DNA of 64,000 bases from Solidesulfovibrio magneticus (lineage in GTDB: Bacteria; Desulfobacterota; Desulfovibrionia; Desulfovibrionales; Desulfovibrionaceae). The DNA lies in contig DLGG01000003.1 in the NCBI GenBank assembly GCA_002482565.1, positions 25,462 through 89,461 of the forward strand, read 5' to 3'. Under the pieces are notes generated by a model. It saw only the letters and a program-made list of their open reading frames with translations, did no database searches and was not told the origin of the DNA. Below, one piece after another: positions 19,658 to 29,539 of the stretch (positions within the stretch are counted from its first letter, which is position 1; each line of letters begins with the position of its first letter). The position numbers and the translations under genes were made by a program.

Positions 19658-19675
19658 GCGACATTTCCGTGACAA
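19658..19675 (-). promoter_or_regulatory. Pho-box-like direct repeat in the divergent promoter region
   Basis: Minus strand TTGTCAC-GGAA-ATGTCGC (11-bp period). First heptamer is identical to that of the pstB box. Confidence 0.55.
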
Positions 19676-19793
19676 TACCCCTGCAGACGTCAACAAAACT
19701 GCGGCCAACCGCAATCCGACCGCCACGCGGCCGGCGCTACAAGCCGCAAACGGCGACGCGAGCCGGCGTTGCCCCGTGCCCCAAGGAGCCGTC

Positions 19794-22271
19794 ATGAAAA
19801 TCGACCTGCACGTACACTCCAAATTCTCCACCCGCCCGTCCCAATGGGTGCTGCAAAAGCTCAACTGTCCCGAGAGCTTCACCGAACCGATGCGCATCTA
19901 CGAGGAAGCCCGGCGCAAGGGCATGGGACTCGTGACCATCTCCGACCACAACCGCATCGAAGGGGCGCTGTCCATCGCCCATCTGCCCGGGACTTTCGTC
20001 AGCGAGGAAGTGACCTCGTATTTCCCCGACGACCGCTGCAAGGTCCATGTGCTGGTCTTCGACATCACCGAGGCCATGCACCGGGAGATGCAGCGCCTGC
20101 GCGAAAACATCCACGAGCTGGTCGATTACCTGCGCCAGGAAGGCATCCACCACGCCGTGGCCCACCCGCTGTTCGGGGTCAACGACCGCATGACCGTAGC
20201 CAATTTCGAAAAACTTCTGCTGCTGTTTCGCAATTTCGAGATCAACGGCGCGCGCGACGCTTGGCAAAACGACTGCCTGCGCGACATCATCCCCAACCTC
20301 GACGCCGACACCATCTGGCGGCTGGCAGACAAATACGGCATCGACCCCGGCTACGCCCAGCCCTGGCGCAAAAATTTGATCGGCGGTTCCGACGACCACA
20401 GCGCCCTGACCATCGCCTCCACCTACACCGAGGTGGAGGGCGCGCTAAATCTGGCCGAATTCCTCGACGGCCTGGAAAACGGGGCCTCGGTCGCCCGGGG
20501 CGCGTCGAGCACCCCGCGCACCATGGCCCGCAACCTCTACAGCATCGCCTACCAGTATTATAAACACCGCTTCGGCATCGACCGTTTCCTGGACAAGGAC
20601 GTGACCCTCAAGGTCGTGGACCGGTTCCTGGAACCCGGCGAACAGGAGGCCGCGGGGTTGGCCTTTCGCCTCAAAAGCCGGCTGGCCCGGGGACTGACCC
20701 GCCGCCGCAAGAGCGCCAGCACCCCGCTTCGGGAACTGATCCGCTCCGAGACGGAATCGCTTATCCACTCCGACCCGGCGCTCATGGAATTCGCCAGGGC
20801 CGGCGTCCTTGGCAACGACAGCCTGGAAAACGGCTGGTTCTCCTTCGTCAACCGGGCCACCAACCGGGTGGCCGCTCATTTCGCCGGGGCGCTGCTCGAT
20901 CATGTCAGCGGAGCCAATGTCTTCGACATCTTCGGGGCCCTGGGTTCGGCCGGGGCGCTCTACACCATGCTCGCCCCCTACTTCCTGGCCTACTCCATTT
21001 TCACCAAGGACCGGCAGTTCAGCAGCCAGGCCAGGCTGGCGCTCACCGGACAAAACGGCAAGGACGCCGCCGTGCGCGTGGCCCACTTCACCGACACCTT
21101 CCACGAAATAAACGGCGTGTCCGGCACACTGCGCCAGCAGGCCGAGCTGGCCATCAAAACCGGAAAATCCTTAAGCATCTACACCTGCGACCACGGCCCG
21201 CGCGTCTTCGAGCCGGGCGTGCAGCAGTTCACGCCCATCGGCGTCTACAGCCTGGCCGAGTACCCCGACCAGAAGCTCTACTACCCGCCGCTGCTGGAGA
21301 TGCTCCACTCCGTCTACGCCGGCAACTTCACCCGCATCCACTCGGCCACCCCCGGCCCCATCGGCCTGGCCGCCCTGTGCATCGCCAAGACCCTTCGCCT
21401 GCCCATCTACGGCACCTACCACACGGCGCTTCCCCAATACGCCCAGATCCTCACCGGCGACGAAGCCATGGAAGACCTCACCTGGAAGTGCATCATCTGG
21501 TATTACAACCAGATGGATTTAGTTTACGTACCTTCCAAGGAAACCGGTCGGGAGCTGGCCGAAAAGGGGCTGGACCCGGCCAAGCTGCGGCTGTTCCCGC
21601 GCGGCGTGGACGTGGTCCGCTTCGATCCGGCCAAGCGCGACGAGGATCTCGCGGCGCGCTTCGGCCTGGGCAGCGGCCCGCGCCTGCTCTACGCCGGGCG
21701 GGTGTCGCGGGAAAAAGACCTGCATCTGCTGGCCGCGGCCTTCCGCCGCCTCGTGGGGCAGCATCCCGAGGCCACGCTGTGCATCGTCGGCGACGGCCCC
21801 TACCTCGACGAGCTGCGCGCCCAGCTTGCCGACACGCCCACGGTCTTCACCGGCTACCGCGAAGGCGAGGAGCTGGCCGGGCTTTTCGCCGCCTGCGACC
21901 TGTTCGTCTTCCCCAGCGCCACCGACACCTTCGGCAACGTGGTGCTTGAAGCCCAGGCCTCGGGCTTGCCGATCATCGTCACCAACCAGGGAGGCCCCAT
22001 GGAAAACATCGTGCCCGGAGAAACGGGCGTGGTGGTCCCGGCCGGCGACGCCGATGCGCTCCACGCGGCCATGGCCGGTTTGCTGGCCGATCCCGAACTC
22101 ATGCGGGCCATGGGCCGGGCCGGTCGGGACTACGCCGAAAAGCGCACCATCGACCAAGCCTTCGAGGACTACTGGAAGATGTACGAGGAAGCGCCCGGCG
22201 CGCCGACCGCCATCAACCCCCTGGAGCCGGCTCTGGCCAAGGCCATGCAACGTCTGGTGCACGCCGCCTAA
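19794..22271 (+). CDS. PHP-domain phosphoesterase fused to a GT4 (GT-B) glycosyltransferase
   Basis: AAGGAG RBS. PHP motifs DLHVHS, ISDHN, EE, H, AHP, EING and GGSDDH. C-terminal GT4 motifs FTDTFHEINGVS, YAGRVSREK and FPSATDTFGNVVLEAQASGLP. Confidence 0.9.
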   Translation: MKIDLHVHSKFSTRPSQWVLQKLNCPESFTEPMRIYEEARRKGMGLVTISDHNRIEGALSIAHLPGTFVSEEVTSYFPDDRCKVHVLVFDITEAMHREMQRLRENIHELVDYLRQEGIHHAVAHPLFGVNDRMTVANFEKLLLLFRNFEINGARDAWQNDCLRDIIPNLDADTIWRLADKYGIDPGYAQPWRKNLIGGSDDHSALTIASTYTEVEGALNLAEFLDGLENGASVARGASSTPRTMARNLYSIAYQYYKHRFGIDRFLDKDVTLKVVDRFLEPGEQEAAGLAFRLKSRLARGLTRRRKSASTPLRELIRSETESLIHSDPALMEFARAGVLGNDSLENGWFSFVNRATNRVAAHFAGALLDHVSGANVFDIFGALGSAGALYTMLAPYFLAYSIFTKDRQFSSQARLALTGQNGKDAAVRVAHFTDTFHEINGVSGTLRQQAELAIKTGKSLSIYTCDHGPRVFEPGVQQFTPIGVYSLAEYPDQKLYYPPLLEMLHSVYAGNFTRIHSATPGPIGLAALCIAKTLRLPIYGTYHTALPQYAQILTGDEAMEDLTWKCIIWYYNQMDLVYVPSKETGRELAEKGLDPAKLRLFPRGVDVVRFDPAKRDEDLAARFGLGSGPRLLYAGRVSREKDLHLLAAAFRRLVGQHPEATLCIVGDGPYLDELRAQLADTPTVFTGYREGEELAGLFAACDLFVFPSATDTFGNVVLEAQASGLPIIVTNQGGPMENIVPGETGVVVPAGDADALHAAMAGLLADPELMRAMGRAGRDYAEKRTIDQAFEDYWKMYEEAPGAPTAINPLEPALAKAMQRLVHAA

Positions 22272-22293
22272 CGACGCTGCCCCGCGACGCCAG

Positions 22294-22333
22294 AAGGCCC
22301 CGGCCGGAAGTGATCCGGCCGGGGCCTTTTATT
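22294..22333 (+). terminator. Rho-independent terminator
   Basis: AAGGCCCCGGCCGGA / TCCGGCCGGGGCCTT hairpin followed by TTATT. Confidence 0.85.
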
Positions 22334-22545
22334 CATCATGGCATGGCCATCCCCCTGGCAAACGGTGGCGGACGACGTGGTTTCCCGCCTCCCTTGGCCG
22401 CTGCAGGCCTCCCGAAACATCCTGTCAAAGCCTTTACGACCGGATCGCAGCGGCGCTTTGCCGCAAGAAATTATCCATTGTATAAAACCCATGGTATGCG
22501 GTATTGTTGTCAGGCTTTTATGGTTCAGCAACGAAGCGAGTCGCC

Positions 22546-24870
22546 ATGTCCCAGGATCAGCCCTCCGTATGTGACGCCCCGGAAACCCAGGACGCTTGCG
22601 ACCAGCCGCGCCAGGGCGACGTTTTGTCCGTGGATTCGACCCGGCTTCGATTCGAGGATTTGTTCCACATGGAGGAAATCCAGCGCATTCAGGACGCTTT
22701 TGCCGCCGCTTCGGGCGTGGCCTCGCTGATTACCGATCCTCAGGGCCGGCCGCTGACCCGGCCAAGCAATTTTACCACCCTGTGCGGGTCGATCATTCGC
22801 GGCACGCCCAAGGGCCTTTCCAACTGCATCCGCTCCGACGTCTGCCTTGGACAAGGGATGCCGGACGGTCCTACGGTCCGACGGTGCCTGAGCGGCGGTC
22901 TCTTCGACGGCGGCACGGCCATCCATGTCGGCGACCGTCACCTCGCCAACTGGATGGTTGGCCAGGTCCTGGACGAAGAAGCCGACCTTGAGGCCATGGC
23001 CGCCTATGCCCGAGAAATCGGAGCCGACGAAACGGCCTTCCGGGCCGCCCTGGCCGAAGTGCCGCGGATGCCCCTGGCCCGGTTTGAAAAAATCTGCCAG
23101 GCCCTGCACCACTTCGCCAATCACCTCTCGGCCCTGGCCGTGGCCAATTTCGACCAGGCCAGACGCATCGACGAACTGCGCCAAGCCCAGGCCAGCATCA
23201 AGGCCCGGGACCGCAGCCTCTCGGAAATCATCGATTTTCTGCCCGACCCCGCCTTTGCCGTGGACCGGGACGGGCGGGTCACCTTTTGGAACAAGGCCTT
23301 GGAGCGCTTAACCGGCATCCCCGCCGGCGACATGCTCGGCAAGGGCGATTTCGCCTACGGCGCGGCATTTTACGGCCAACCCACCCCGCTTCTCCTGGAT
23401 TACGCCCGAGGGGCCGTTTCAACGCCCGATCCGCGCTATCAGGTCGCCGACATGGCCCCTGGCGAAATTATCGCCGAGGTCAATCTGACCGCCATGCCCG
23501 GCGGCGCACGCCATGTCTGGGCCAAGGCCGTGGCGCTCTATGACGAGTTCGGCCAGGTCAACGGCGCCATCGAGGCCATTCGCGACGTCACCGACCGGGA
23601 GCGCCGCGAATCGGCGCTGCGCCAAAGCGAGGCCATGTTCCGGGGCATCGTGGAAACCGCCCACGAAGGGGTGTGGGTCTATGACGCCAATTATGACACG
23701 ACCTTCGTCAACAAACGCATGGCCGACATGCTGGGGTATGCGCCCCAGGAACTTCTGGGTCGCAACCTGAGCGAATTCCTACCGCCGGAAAGCCGGCAGC
23801 GGGCCGCTCGCCAACAGCAACGTCGCCGGGAAGGCTTCAGCGACGTGTTCGAACAGTGCATCATGCGCCGTGACGGCACGCGGCTTTGGGTGCTCATCTC
23901 CGCCAGTCCTTTGCAGGACGAACACGGCAATTTCGTCGGATCGCTGGGGATGTACTCGGATTTAAGCGCGGTCAAGGCTGTTGAGGCGGAGCTGCGAGCC
24001 CATCGGCAGCGCCTGGAAGACGAAGTGGAAGAACGCACCCGGGAACTGCGCGAACAAGCTATGGAACTGGCCGAGGCCAACATCCGCTTAAGCGAACTCG
24101 ACCGGCTCAAATCCGCTTTTCTCTCCACCGTCTCCCATGAGCTGCGCACGCCCCTGACTTCGATCCTGGGGTTCGCCAAGCTCATCGGCCGGGAATTCAG
24201 TGAGCATTTCAGCCCGCTGGCCGGCGACAAGGCGGCTCTGGCCGCCCGGGCCAAGCGCATCGCCCACAACCTCGGCGTGGTCTACGGCGAGGCCGAACGC
24301 CTCACGCGCCTGATTAACGACGTTCTCGACCTTAACCGCATCGAATCCGGCAACATGCAGTGGCGCGACCAATGCATTGACCCTGTGGCCGTGCTGCGTC
24401 AGGCCGTGCAGACCATCGAGGGCCTGCTGGCCCAACGCCCGGAAATCCGCTTTCGTTTTCTCGCCGAGGACTCGGCTCCGCCGCTGTTCATGGATCCCGA
24501 TCAGCTCGTGCAGGTCATCGCCAACCTGCTGCAAAACGCCGTGAAATTCACCGAACAGGGGGAGGTCGCCTTGGAGGTGCGAACCGAAGCCGAGGCCGTG
24601 CTCGTGACCGTGCGCGACCAGGGCGTGGGCATTCCTGCCGACCAGCTCGAATCGATTTTCGACCGGTTCCATCAGGTGGGGCGCGGCGACACCATCGTCA
24701 GCCCGACCATCAAGGGCACGGGCCTGGGCCTGGCCATCTGCCGCCAGATCGTGCGCCACTACGGCGGCCGCATCTGGGCCGAGTCGCGGCTCGGGGAAGG
24801 CAGCGCCTTTCATGTGCGCCTGCCCATGGCCCAGCAGTGCCTGGAAACGGTCTGCGACCCGGCATTATAA
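22546..24870 (+). CDS. Cytoplasmic sensor histidine kinase with PocR and two PAS domains
   Basis: PocR-type N-terminus (IQRIQDAFAAASGVASLITDPQG, C..IR, C..SD, C..GL). Two PAS domains, SHELRTPL H-box, NLLQNAVKF and GTGLGLAIC. Confidence 0.9.
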   Translation: MSQDQPSVCDAPETQDACDQPRQGDVLSVDSTRLRFEDLFHMEEIQRIQDAFAAASGVASLITDPQGRPLTRPSNFTTLCGSIIRGTPKGLSNCIRSDVCLGQGMPDGPTVRRCLSGGLFDGGTAIHVGDRHLANWMVGQVLDEEADLEAMAAYAREIGADETAFRAALAEVPRMPLARFEKICQALHHFANHLSALAVANFDQARRIDELRQAQASIKARDRSLSEIIDFLPDPAFAVDRDGRVTFWNKALERLTGIPAGDMLGKGDFAYGAAFYGQPTPLLLDYARGAVSTPDPRYQVADMAPGEIIAEVNLTAMPGGARHVWAKAVALYDEFGQVNGAIEAIRDVTDRERRESALRQSEAMFRGIVETAHEGVWVYDANYDTTFVNKRMADMLGYAPQELLGRNLSEFLPPESRQRAARQQQRRREGFSDVFEQCIMRRDGTRLWVLISASPLQDEHGNFVGSLGMYSDLSAVKAVEAELRAHRQRLEDEVEERTRELREQAMELAEANIRLSELDRLKSAFLSTVSHELRTPLTSILGFAKLIGREFSEHFSPLAGDKAALAARAKRIAHNLGVVYGEAERLTRLINDVLDLNRIESGNMQWRDQCIDPVAVLRQAVQTIEGLLAQRPEIRFRFLAEDSAPPLFMDPDQLVQVIANLLQNAVKFTEQGEVALEVRTEAEAVLVTVRDQGVGIPADQLESIFDRFHQVGRGDTIVSPTIKGTGLGLAICRQIVRHYGGRIWAESRLGEGSAFHVRLPMAQQCLETVCDPAL

Positions 24871-25140
24871 CGCCGAGCAGCTAGCCCGGCTCGACGCAGC
24901 ACGTTCGGCTAGGCCGCTCCCCGACCACGCCGCGGAAATATACTGGGCCAGCGCCGAAAACACGCGAACTGCACACTGCCGAGCGTCACGACGTTCAAGT
25001 GGCGGAAGAGGTCCGGGCACTCGGCGAAAACATGCAGCCAAGTCGCTTCATCAACCGCCGCCACGACACGACAGTCCTTGCGCCGCGAAGCCGGCCGCTC
25101 CTGCCGACGCCCTCCCCCGAGACAACCGGCCAGGAACGCC

Positions 25141-25902
25141 TTATCGCGTTTTTTGCCAAGCCAGCATGACGGAAGTGCCGAATAGACGTTGGGGCAGCGG
25201 CTCCAGACGCCCGATATGGCCAAGGGCGGCGTTGAGCCAATCGCTTTTGGCGTCAAACCCCGTGGCGACAATATCGCTTTCCGTTTTTTTGAGCCGCAGC
25301 AGAAACTTGCGCACGACCAACAGCGGATAATACGGCGCGCCCCAATAGGTGGAGGCGACCAGACGCAGGCCGGCCCTGTGCCCCAGCTCCTCGGCCTGGG
25401 CCAGGGTGTAGCGCCGCAAGTGCCCGGCCATGGTGTCGTAGGCGGAGAAAAGATGCTGGTAGGCCGGCAGGTTGACGTAGAGCAGGCCGCCGGGCTGCAA
25501 ATGGTGCAAGGCGGAGGCTAAAAAGCCCAGTTCGTCCGTGACATGCTCCAGCACGTCAAAAAGGAAAATCGTCTTGTACTTCCCGGCCAATTCGGGCAGC
25601 CGGTCGTGGATGTTGTAGACGTAAAGGCCGCTTGACGTGCTCACGTTGTGAGCCAGGGCGTTTTCGTCGAGATCGAAGCCGTCCACGGCCAGACCGTATT
25701 CCTGCTCCAACTGGCTTTGCAAAAGCCCCCGGCCGCAGCCGATGTCGGCTGCCGGCCCCATGTCCCGGGCCGTTTGGCCGGCCAGGGCGCGAAAGACTTC
25801 CAGGCGACGACGCACCCAGAAATGCTCCAGGCTGGCGATGTCATGCCAATAATCCGTCATATTGACGGGCAAAGCCTCGGACAGATGGACAATGTTTCGC
25901 AT
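25141..25902 (-). CDS. Class I SAM-dependent methyltransferase
   Basis: DIGCGRG motif I, FDVLEHV and D...GHLRRY. HFW...R N-terminal motif typical of glycosylation-locus methyltransferases. Confidence 0.88.
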   Translation of the reverse strand: MRNIVHLSEALPVNMTDYWHDIASLEHFWVRRRLEVFRALAGQTARDMGPAADIGCGRGLLQSQLEQEYGLAVDGFDLDENALAHNVSTSSGLYVYNIHDRLPELAGKYKTIFLFDVLEHVTDELGFLASALHHLQPGGLLYVNLPAYQHLFSAYDTMAGHLRRYTLAQAEELGHRAGLRLVASTYWGAPYYPLLVVRKFLLRLKKTESDIVATGFDAKSDWLNAALGHIGRLEPLPQRLFGTSVMLAWQKTR

Positions 25903-25911
25903 CGCGGCCGT

Positions 25912-26910
25912 TTACTCCCTTCGCTTGATTCTGACCGGCGCTTCCGGTCTGGCGACATCGCCCACCGTCGTATCGACAACGGCAAAGGGACGGCCCTTTA
26001 CCTCCTGCAGCAGCACTCGGATGTATTCGCCGATGACGCCCAGGAAAACGAAAAGAATACTCATAAAAAACAAGAAAATAACCAGAATTGTCGTGGCCAC
26101 GGGACTGACGCCGACCCAATAGCCGAACAGGGAAAACTGGGGAAAAAACCGGTTGAGCACCACGAAAAACATGAGCAGGCAGGCAAAAAGTCCCACGCCA
26201 AAGCCAAACACGCCGATAAAACGCAGCGGGAAGTCGGTGAAGCCGACGAATCCGAGCAGGGCCAGATCGACGAGCTTGCGCAGATTGTACTTGCTTTTCC
26301 CGGATCGGCGTTTGGGCCGGTCGTAGGGCAATCCCAGCTGTGTAAAGCCGACCCAGGAACGCAGCCCGCGAAACATCCGGGAATTTTCCGGCAAGGCCAG
26401 GACGGCATCCAAGGCCTTGCGCGAGACGACGCAGAAGTCTCCAGCGTCTCTGGGCCAGTCGTGGGTGGCCACCTTGTGCATGACCAAGTAGAAAAATGAG
26501 TAGAAAAACTTGAGCAGCCAAGGGGAATCGCGTCTAGCCCGCACGCCGTAACAGACATCCACCCCGGATTGGCATTTGGCGTACATGGCCAACAAGACCT
26601 GGACAGGGTCTTGCAGATCGCAATCCATCACGCCGACGAAACGTCCCTTGGCATGACACAGACCAGTGTCCACCGCTGCCTGGTGGCCAAAATTGCGGCT
26701 GAGAAACACGCCCTTGATGCGCGGGTCTTGCAGGTGCAAACCGACTATCAGCTGGCGCGAACGATCCCGGCTGCCATCGTCTACGAAAACGATCTCCCAG
26801 TCGGCTCCCAAGGCCGCATCAAGAGCCGGAACAACTTCCGCTTGAAAATGCGGCAAAACATCTTCTTCATTATAGCAGGGCACGACAAGGGAAAACTCGA
26901 CCGTATCCAT
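25912..26910 (-). CDS. GT2 polyprenol-phosphate glycosyltransferase (GtrB/YkoT-like)
   Basis: VVPCYNEE, VDDGSRD, SRNFGHQAA, MDCDLQDP, two C-terminal TM helices and GEYI. Confidence 0.92.
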   Translation of the reverse strand: MDTVEFSLVVPCYNEEDVLPHFQAEVVPALDAALGADWEIVFVDDGSRDRSRQLIVGLHLQDPRIKGVFLSRNFGHQAAVDTGLCHAKGRFVGVMDCDLQDPVQVLLAMYAKCQSGVDVCYGVRARRDSPWLLKFFYSFFYLVMHKVATHDWPRDAGDFCVVSRKALDAVLALPENSRMFRGLRSWVGFTQLGLPYDRPKRRSGKSKYNLRKLVDLALLGFVGFTDFPLRFIGVFGFGVGLFACLLMFFVVLNRFFPQFSLFGYWVGVSPVATTILVIFLFFMSILFVFLGVIGEYIRVLLQEVKGRPFAVVDTTVGDVARPEAPVRIKRRE

Positions 26911-27364
26911 TCATCGCTCCCGATGACATCATTGCGGTCTATCCAGTCCGCAGTTCGTTCCGCCGCAAACTGCATAGCAGGACATCATAAGTACCTTTCA
27001 TAGCAAAAAAATCAGAGCAGCGCAACACAGTCAATCCAGCATGTCTTGCCCTCGTGGCCAGCCCAACAACGCCCGCCATGCTCTCCGCCTTACCTGTGCC
27101 GCTTACACCCGCCTCCCCGTTCGGTCCTCGGGCCAGCATGTGGAGCAGCTCGCGCAGCGCAGCCAACATCCCTAGCCCCCAAATAACGGCCCATCCTCCC
27201 TCGTCGAAAAGATGGGCCGCCGCAGTTCGCGCTCGGGACGTCATTCTCATTGGGAAATTTCTGCGTCTTGCTCCCGGGCATCACCTCAGGGCAGCCGGCC
27301 GACAACTCGTCAGCCGGCTGCCGCAAGCTTTCGAAAAGGCGTAGCAACCATGCAAACCCCAATC

Positions 27365-27401
27365 GCTTGAAGAAGAAAACCGGCTCGCCGCTTCTTCAAG
27401 C
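27365..27401 (-). terminator. Stem-loop downstream of asnS (possible terminator)
   Basis: GCTTGAAGAAG / CTTCTTCAAGC inverted repeat 12 nt after the asnS stop. No clear U-tract. Confidence 0.45.
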
Positions 27402-27413
27402 AACTGCGCAGCC

Positions 27414-28802
27414 CTAGAATTCCAGATGCCTCCAGGTGCGCGGAAAAGCCATGACGTCGCGGATATTGGTGACGCCGGTGACAAGCATGACCAGCCGCTC
27501 GAACCCGAGGCCGAAGCCGGCGTGGGGCGCCGTGCCGAAACGCCGGGTGTCGAGATACCACCAGTAGGCCTCAAGGGGCAGGCCCAGTTCCGTGATGCGC
27601 GCTTCCAGCCGGTCCAGGCGCTCCTCGCGGGCGCTGCCGCCGACCAGCTCGCCGATGCCCGGCACGAGCACGTCCATGGCCCCGACGGTCTTGCCGTCGT
27701 CGTTTTGGCGCATGTAGAAGGCTTTGATGTCCTTGGGATAGTCGTACACGATGACCGGGCGCTTGAAGTGCTCCTCGGCCAGATAGCGCTCATGTTCGCT
27801 TTGCAGGTCGGCCCCGAAGGCCACCGGATATTGGAAGGCTTTCTTGCAGGAGGTCAGGATGTCCACGGCCTCGGCGTAGGGCAGGCGCACGAAGGGCTGG
27901 GCCAGCAGGTTTTCCAGGGTGGCGGGCAGGGTCGGGTCCACGAACTTGGCGAACAGCCCGAAATCCTCGGCGCATTCGGCCAGCACCAGCCGCACCAGAT
28001 GGGTGACCAGGGATTCGGCCAGGTCCATGTTGTCTTCGAGATCAGCGAAGGCCATCTCGGGTTCGAGCATCCAGAACTCGGCGGCATGGCGCGAGGTGTC
28101 GGAATGCTCGGCCCGAAAGGTCGGGCCGAAGGTGTAGACCCGGCCCAGGGCCAGGGCCAAGGGCTCGGCCGAAAGCTGGCCCGAGACGGTCAACATCGCC
28201 TCCTTGCCGAAGAAATCCTGGCTCAGGCGCTCGGCCGCCGGCATCGCGGCGGCCTCGGGCCCCAGGGTGGTCACCCGAAACATCTCGCCGGCGCCTTCGC
28301 AGTCCGAGCCGGTGATGACCGGAGTGTGGACCAGGGCGAAGCCTTCCTTGGCGAAATAGTCGTGGATGCCGTGGGCCAGGGCCGAGCGGATGCGCAGCAT
28401 CGCGCCGTATTTGTTGGTACGCGGGCGCAGATGGGCGATGGTGCGCAAAAATTCGTCGGAATGGCGCTTTTTCTGGAGCGGATAGGTTTCCGCATCGGCC
28501 GCGCCCAATAGCGAGACCGAGGCGGCCCGGACTTCGTAGCGCTGGCCCTTGCCCGGCGAGGCGACCAGTTCGCCCGTAACGGCCACCGACGCGCCGACGC
28601 CCAGGGACCTGACTAGGTCCGCGCCCTCGGCCGTGTCGTCGATGATGACCTGCAGGTTGCCCAGGCAGGAGCCGTCGTTTAATTCGAGAAAGGAAAAGCC
28701 CTTGGCGTCGCGGCGGGTGCGCACCCAGCCCATGACGCGGATTTCGGGACAAGGAGACGGGCTTTCCAGGGCGGCCTTGACAGTGGTGCGGCGTATGCTC
28801 AT
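27414..28802 (-). CDS. asnS: Asparagine--tRNA ligase
   Basis: GWVRTRR OB-fold, [25 protein letters not shown]...RH.AEFWM.EPE and [12 protein letters not shown]. Confidence 0.97.
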   Translation of the reverse strand: MSIRRTTVKAALESPSPCPEIRVMGWVRTRRDAKGFSFLELNDGSCLGNLQVIIDDTAEGADLVRSLGVGASVAVTGELVASPGKGQRYEVRAASVSLLGAADAETYPLQKKRHSDEFLRTIAHLRPRTNKYGAMLRIRSALAHGIHDYFAKEGFALVHTPVITGSDCEGAGEMFRVTTLGPEAAAMPAAERLSQDFFGKEAMLTVSGQLSAEPLALALGRVYTFGPTFRAEHSDTSRHAAEFWMLEPEMAFADLEDNMDLAESLVTHLVRLVLAECAEDFGLFAKFVDPTLPATLENLLAQPFVRLPYAEAVDILTSCKKAFQYPVAFGADLQSEHERYLAEEHFKRPVIVYDYPKDIKAFYMRQNDDGKTVGAMDVLVPGIGELVGGSAREERLDRLEARITELGLPLEAYWWYLDTRRFGTAPHAGFGLGFERLVMLVTGVTNIRDVMAFPRTWRHLEF

Positions 28803-29284
28803 GCGTCGTTCCAGGTGAAGGTGAAAGGACATTTTTCCGCGCCCGAGGCGATGGTGGCCGGGCGATCCAGGGTCAGACAGGGGCTGTAGCCGGCGGCAAA
28901 GGCGGCGTCGCGCAGACACGACACGCGTACGGCCAATTCCTCGGGCAGGCCCATTTCCCGGTAGCTTTCGGCGTAGCGGCAGCGCGCGACGTCGAAGGAC
29001 ACGCGGCCGGGGTCGCGCTGTTCGTTGACAATCTCAAGCGCCCCGCCGCGTTGCCAAATGGCCGAAACCGTGGCGAAATGCGCCAGGCTCGGCCCGCCCG
29101 GGGCCTGGGCGGCGAAGGCCTGGCCGGCGGCCCTGGCGGCCCGGGCCACCGTGTCCTCGATGACGGCTAGGGCGGCGTCGCGGCCCAGACGTTCGACCAG
29201 GACGGCGTAGACGTCGGCCAGCATGGCCGCCTCGATGCGACGCCGTTCAAGCAAAGTGACTTCGGACGGGATCGTTGCGCTCAT
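28799..29284 (-). CDS. L-2-amino-thiazoline-4-carboxylic acid hydrolase (ATC hydrolase)-like family protein
   Basis: LLERRRIEA, FDV.RCRYAE.Y.EMGL, SC.RD..F..G and TI..GA..C.F pattern. ATGA overlap with asnS. Confidence 0.75.
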   Translation of the reverse strand: MSATIPSEVTLLERRRIEAAMLADVYAVLVERLGRDAALAVIEDTVARAARAAGQAFAAQAPGGPSLAHFATVSAIWQRGGALEIVNEQRDPGRVSFDVARCRYAESYREMGLPEELAVRVSCLRDAAFAAGYSPCLTLDRPATIASGAEKCPFTFTWNDA

Positions 29285-29445
29285 GGGTTGCTCCAGCGCC
29301 CGAAACAAAACCGGCGGGCGCGAACCCTTCTTTTGCCACAACGCCCGGCCCGACCACAACCGTCGTGACGCCGCCGCGACGCGAGGGCAATCCCGGGCAA
29401 GGATTGAAACCAGCGCTAAAAGGTGGTACAGATCATGACTCACGT

Positions 29446-29539
29446 GGAAGCGTTTCGTCACCGGTGTGGCGCCCGGACTTCAAATCCGGTGTGCGGTCGC
29501 GAGGTCGCAGGTAGGTTCGACTCCTATACGCTTCCGCCA
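29446..29539 (+). tRNA. selC: tRNA-Sec (anticodon TCA)
   Basis: 94 nt. 8-bp acceptor stem GGAAGCGT/ACGCTTCC, anticodon arm CCGGA-CTTCAAA-TCCGG, long variable arm TGCGGTC/GGTCGCA, GTTCGA T-loop and encoded GCCA end. Confidence 0.96.

Noticed and set aside
24871-25140. Possible pseudogene or small ORFs between the kinase and the methyltransferase
   Set aside because: No recognisable motif or RBS. Cannot be supported without a homology search.
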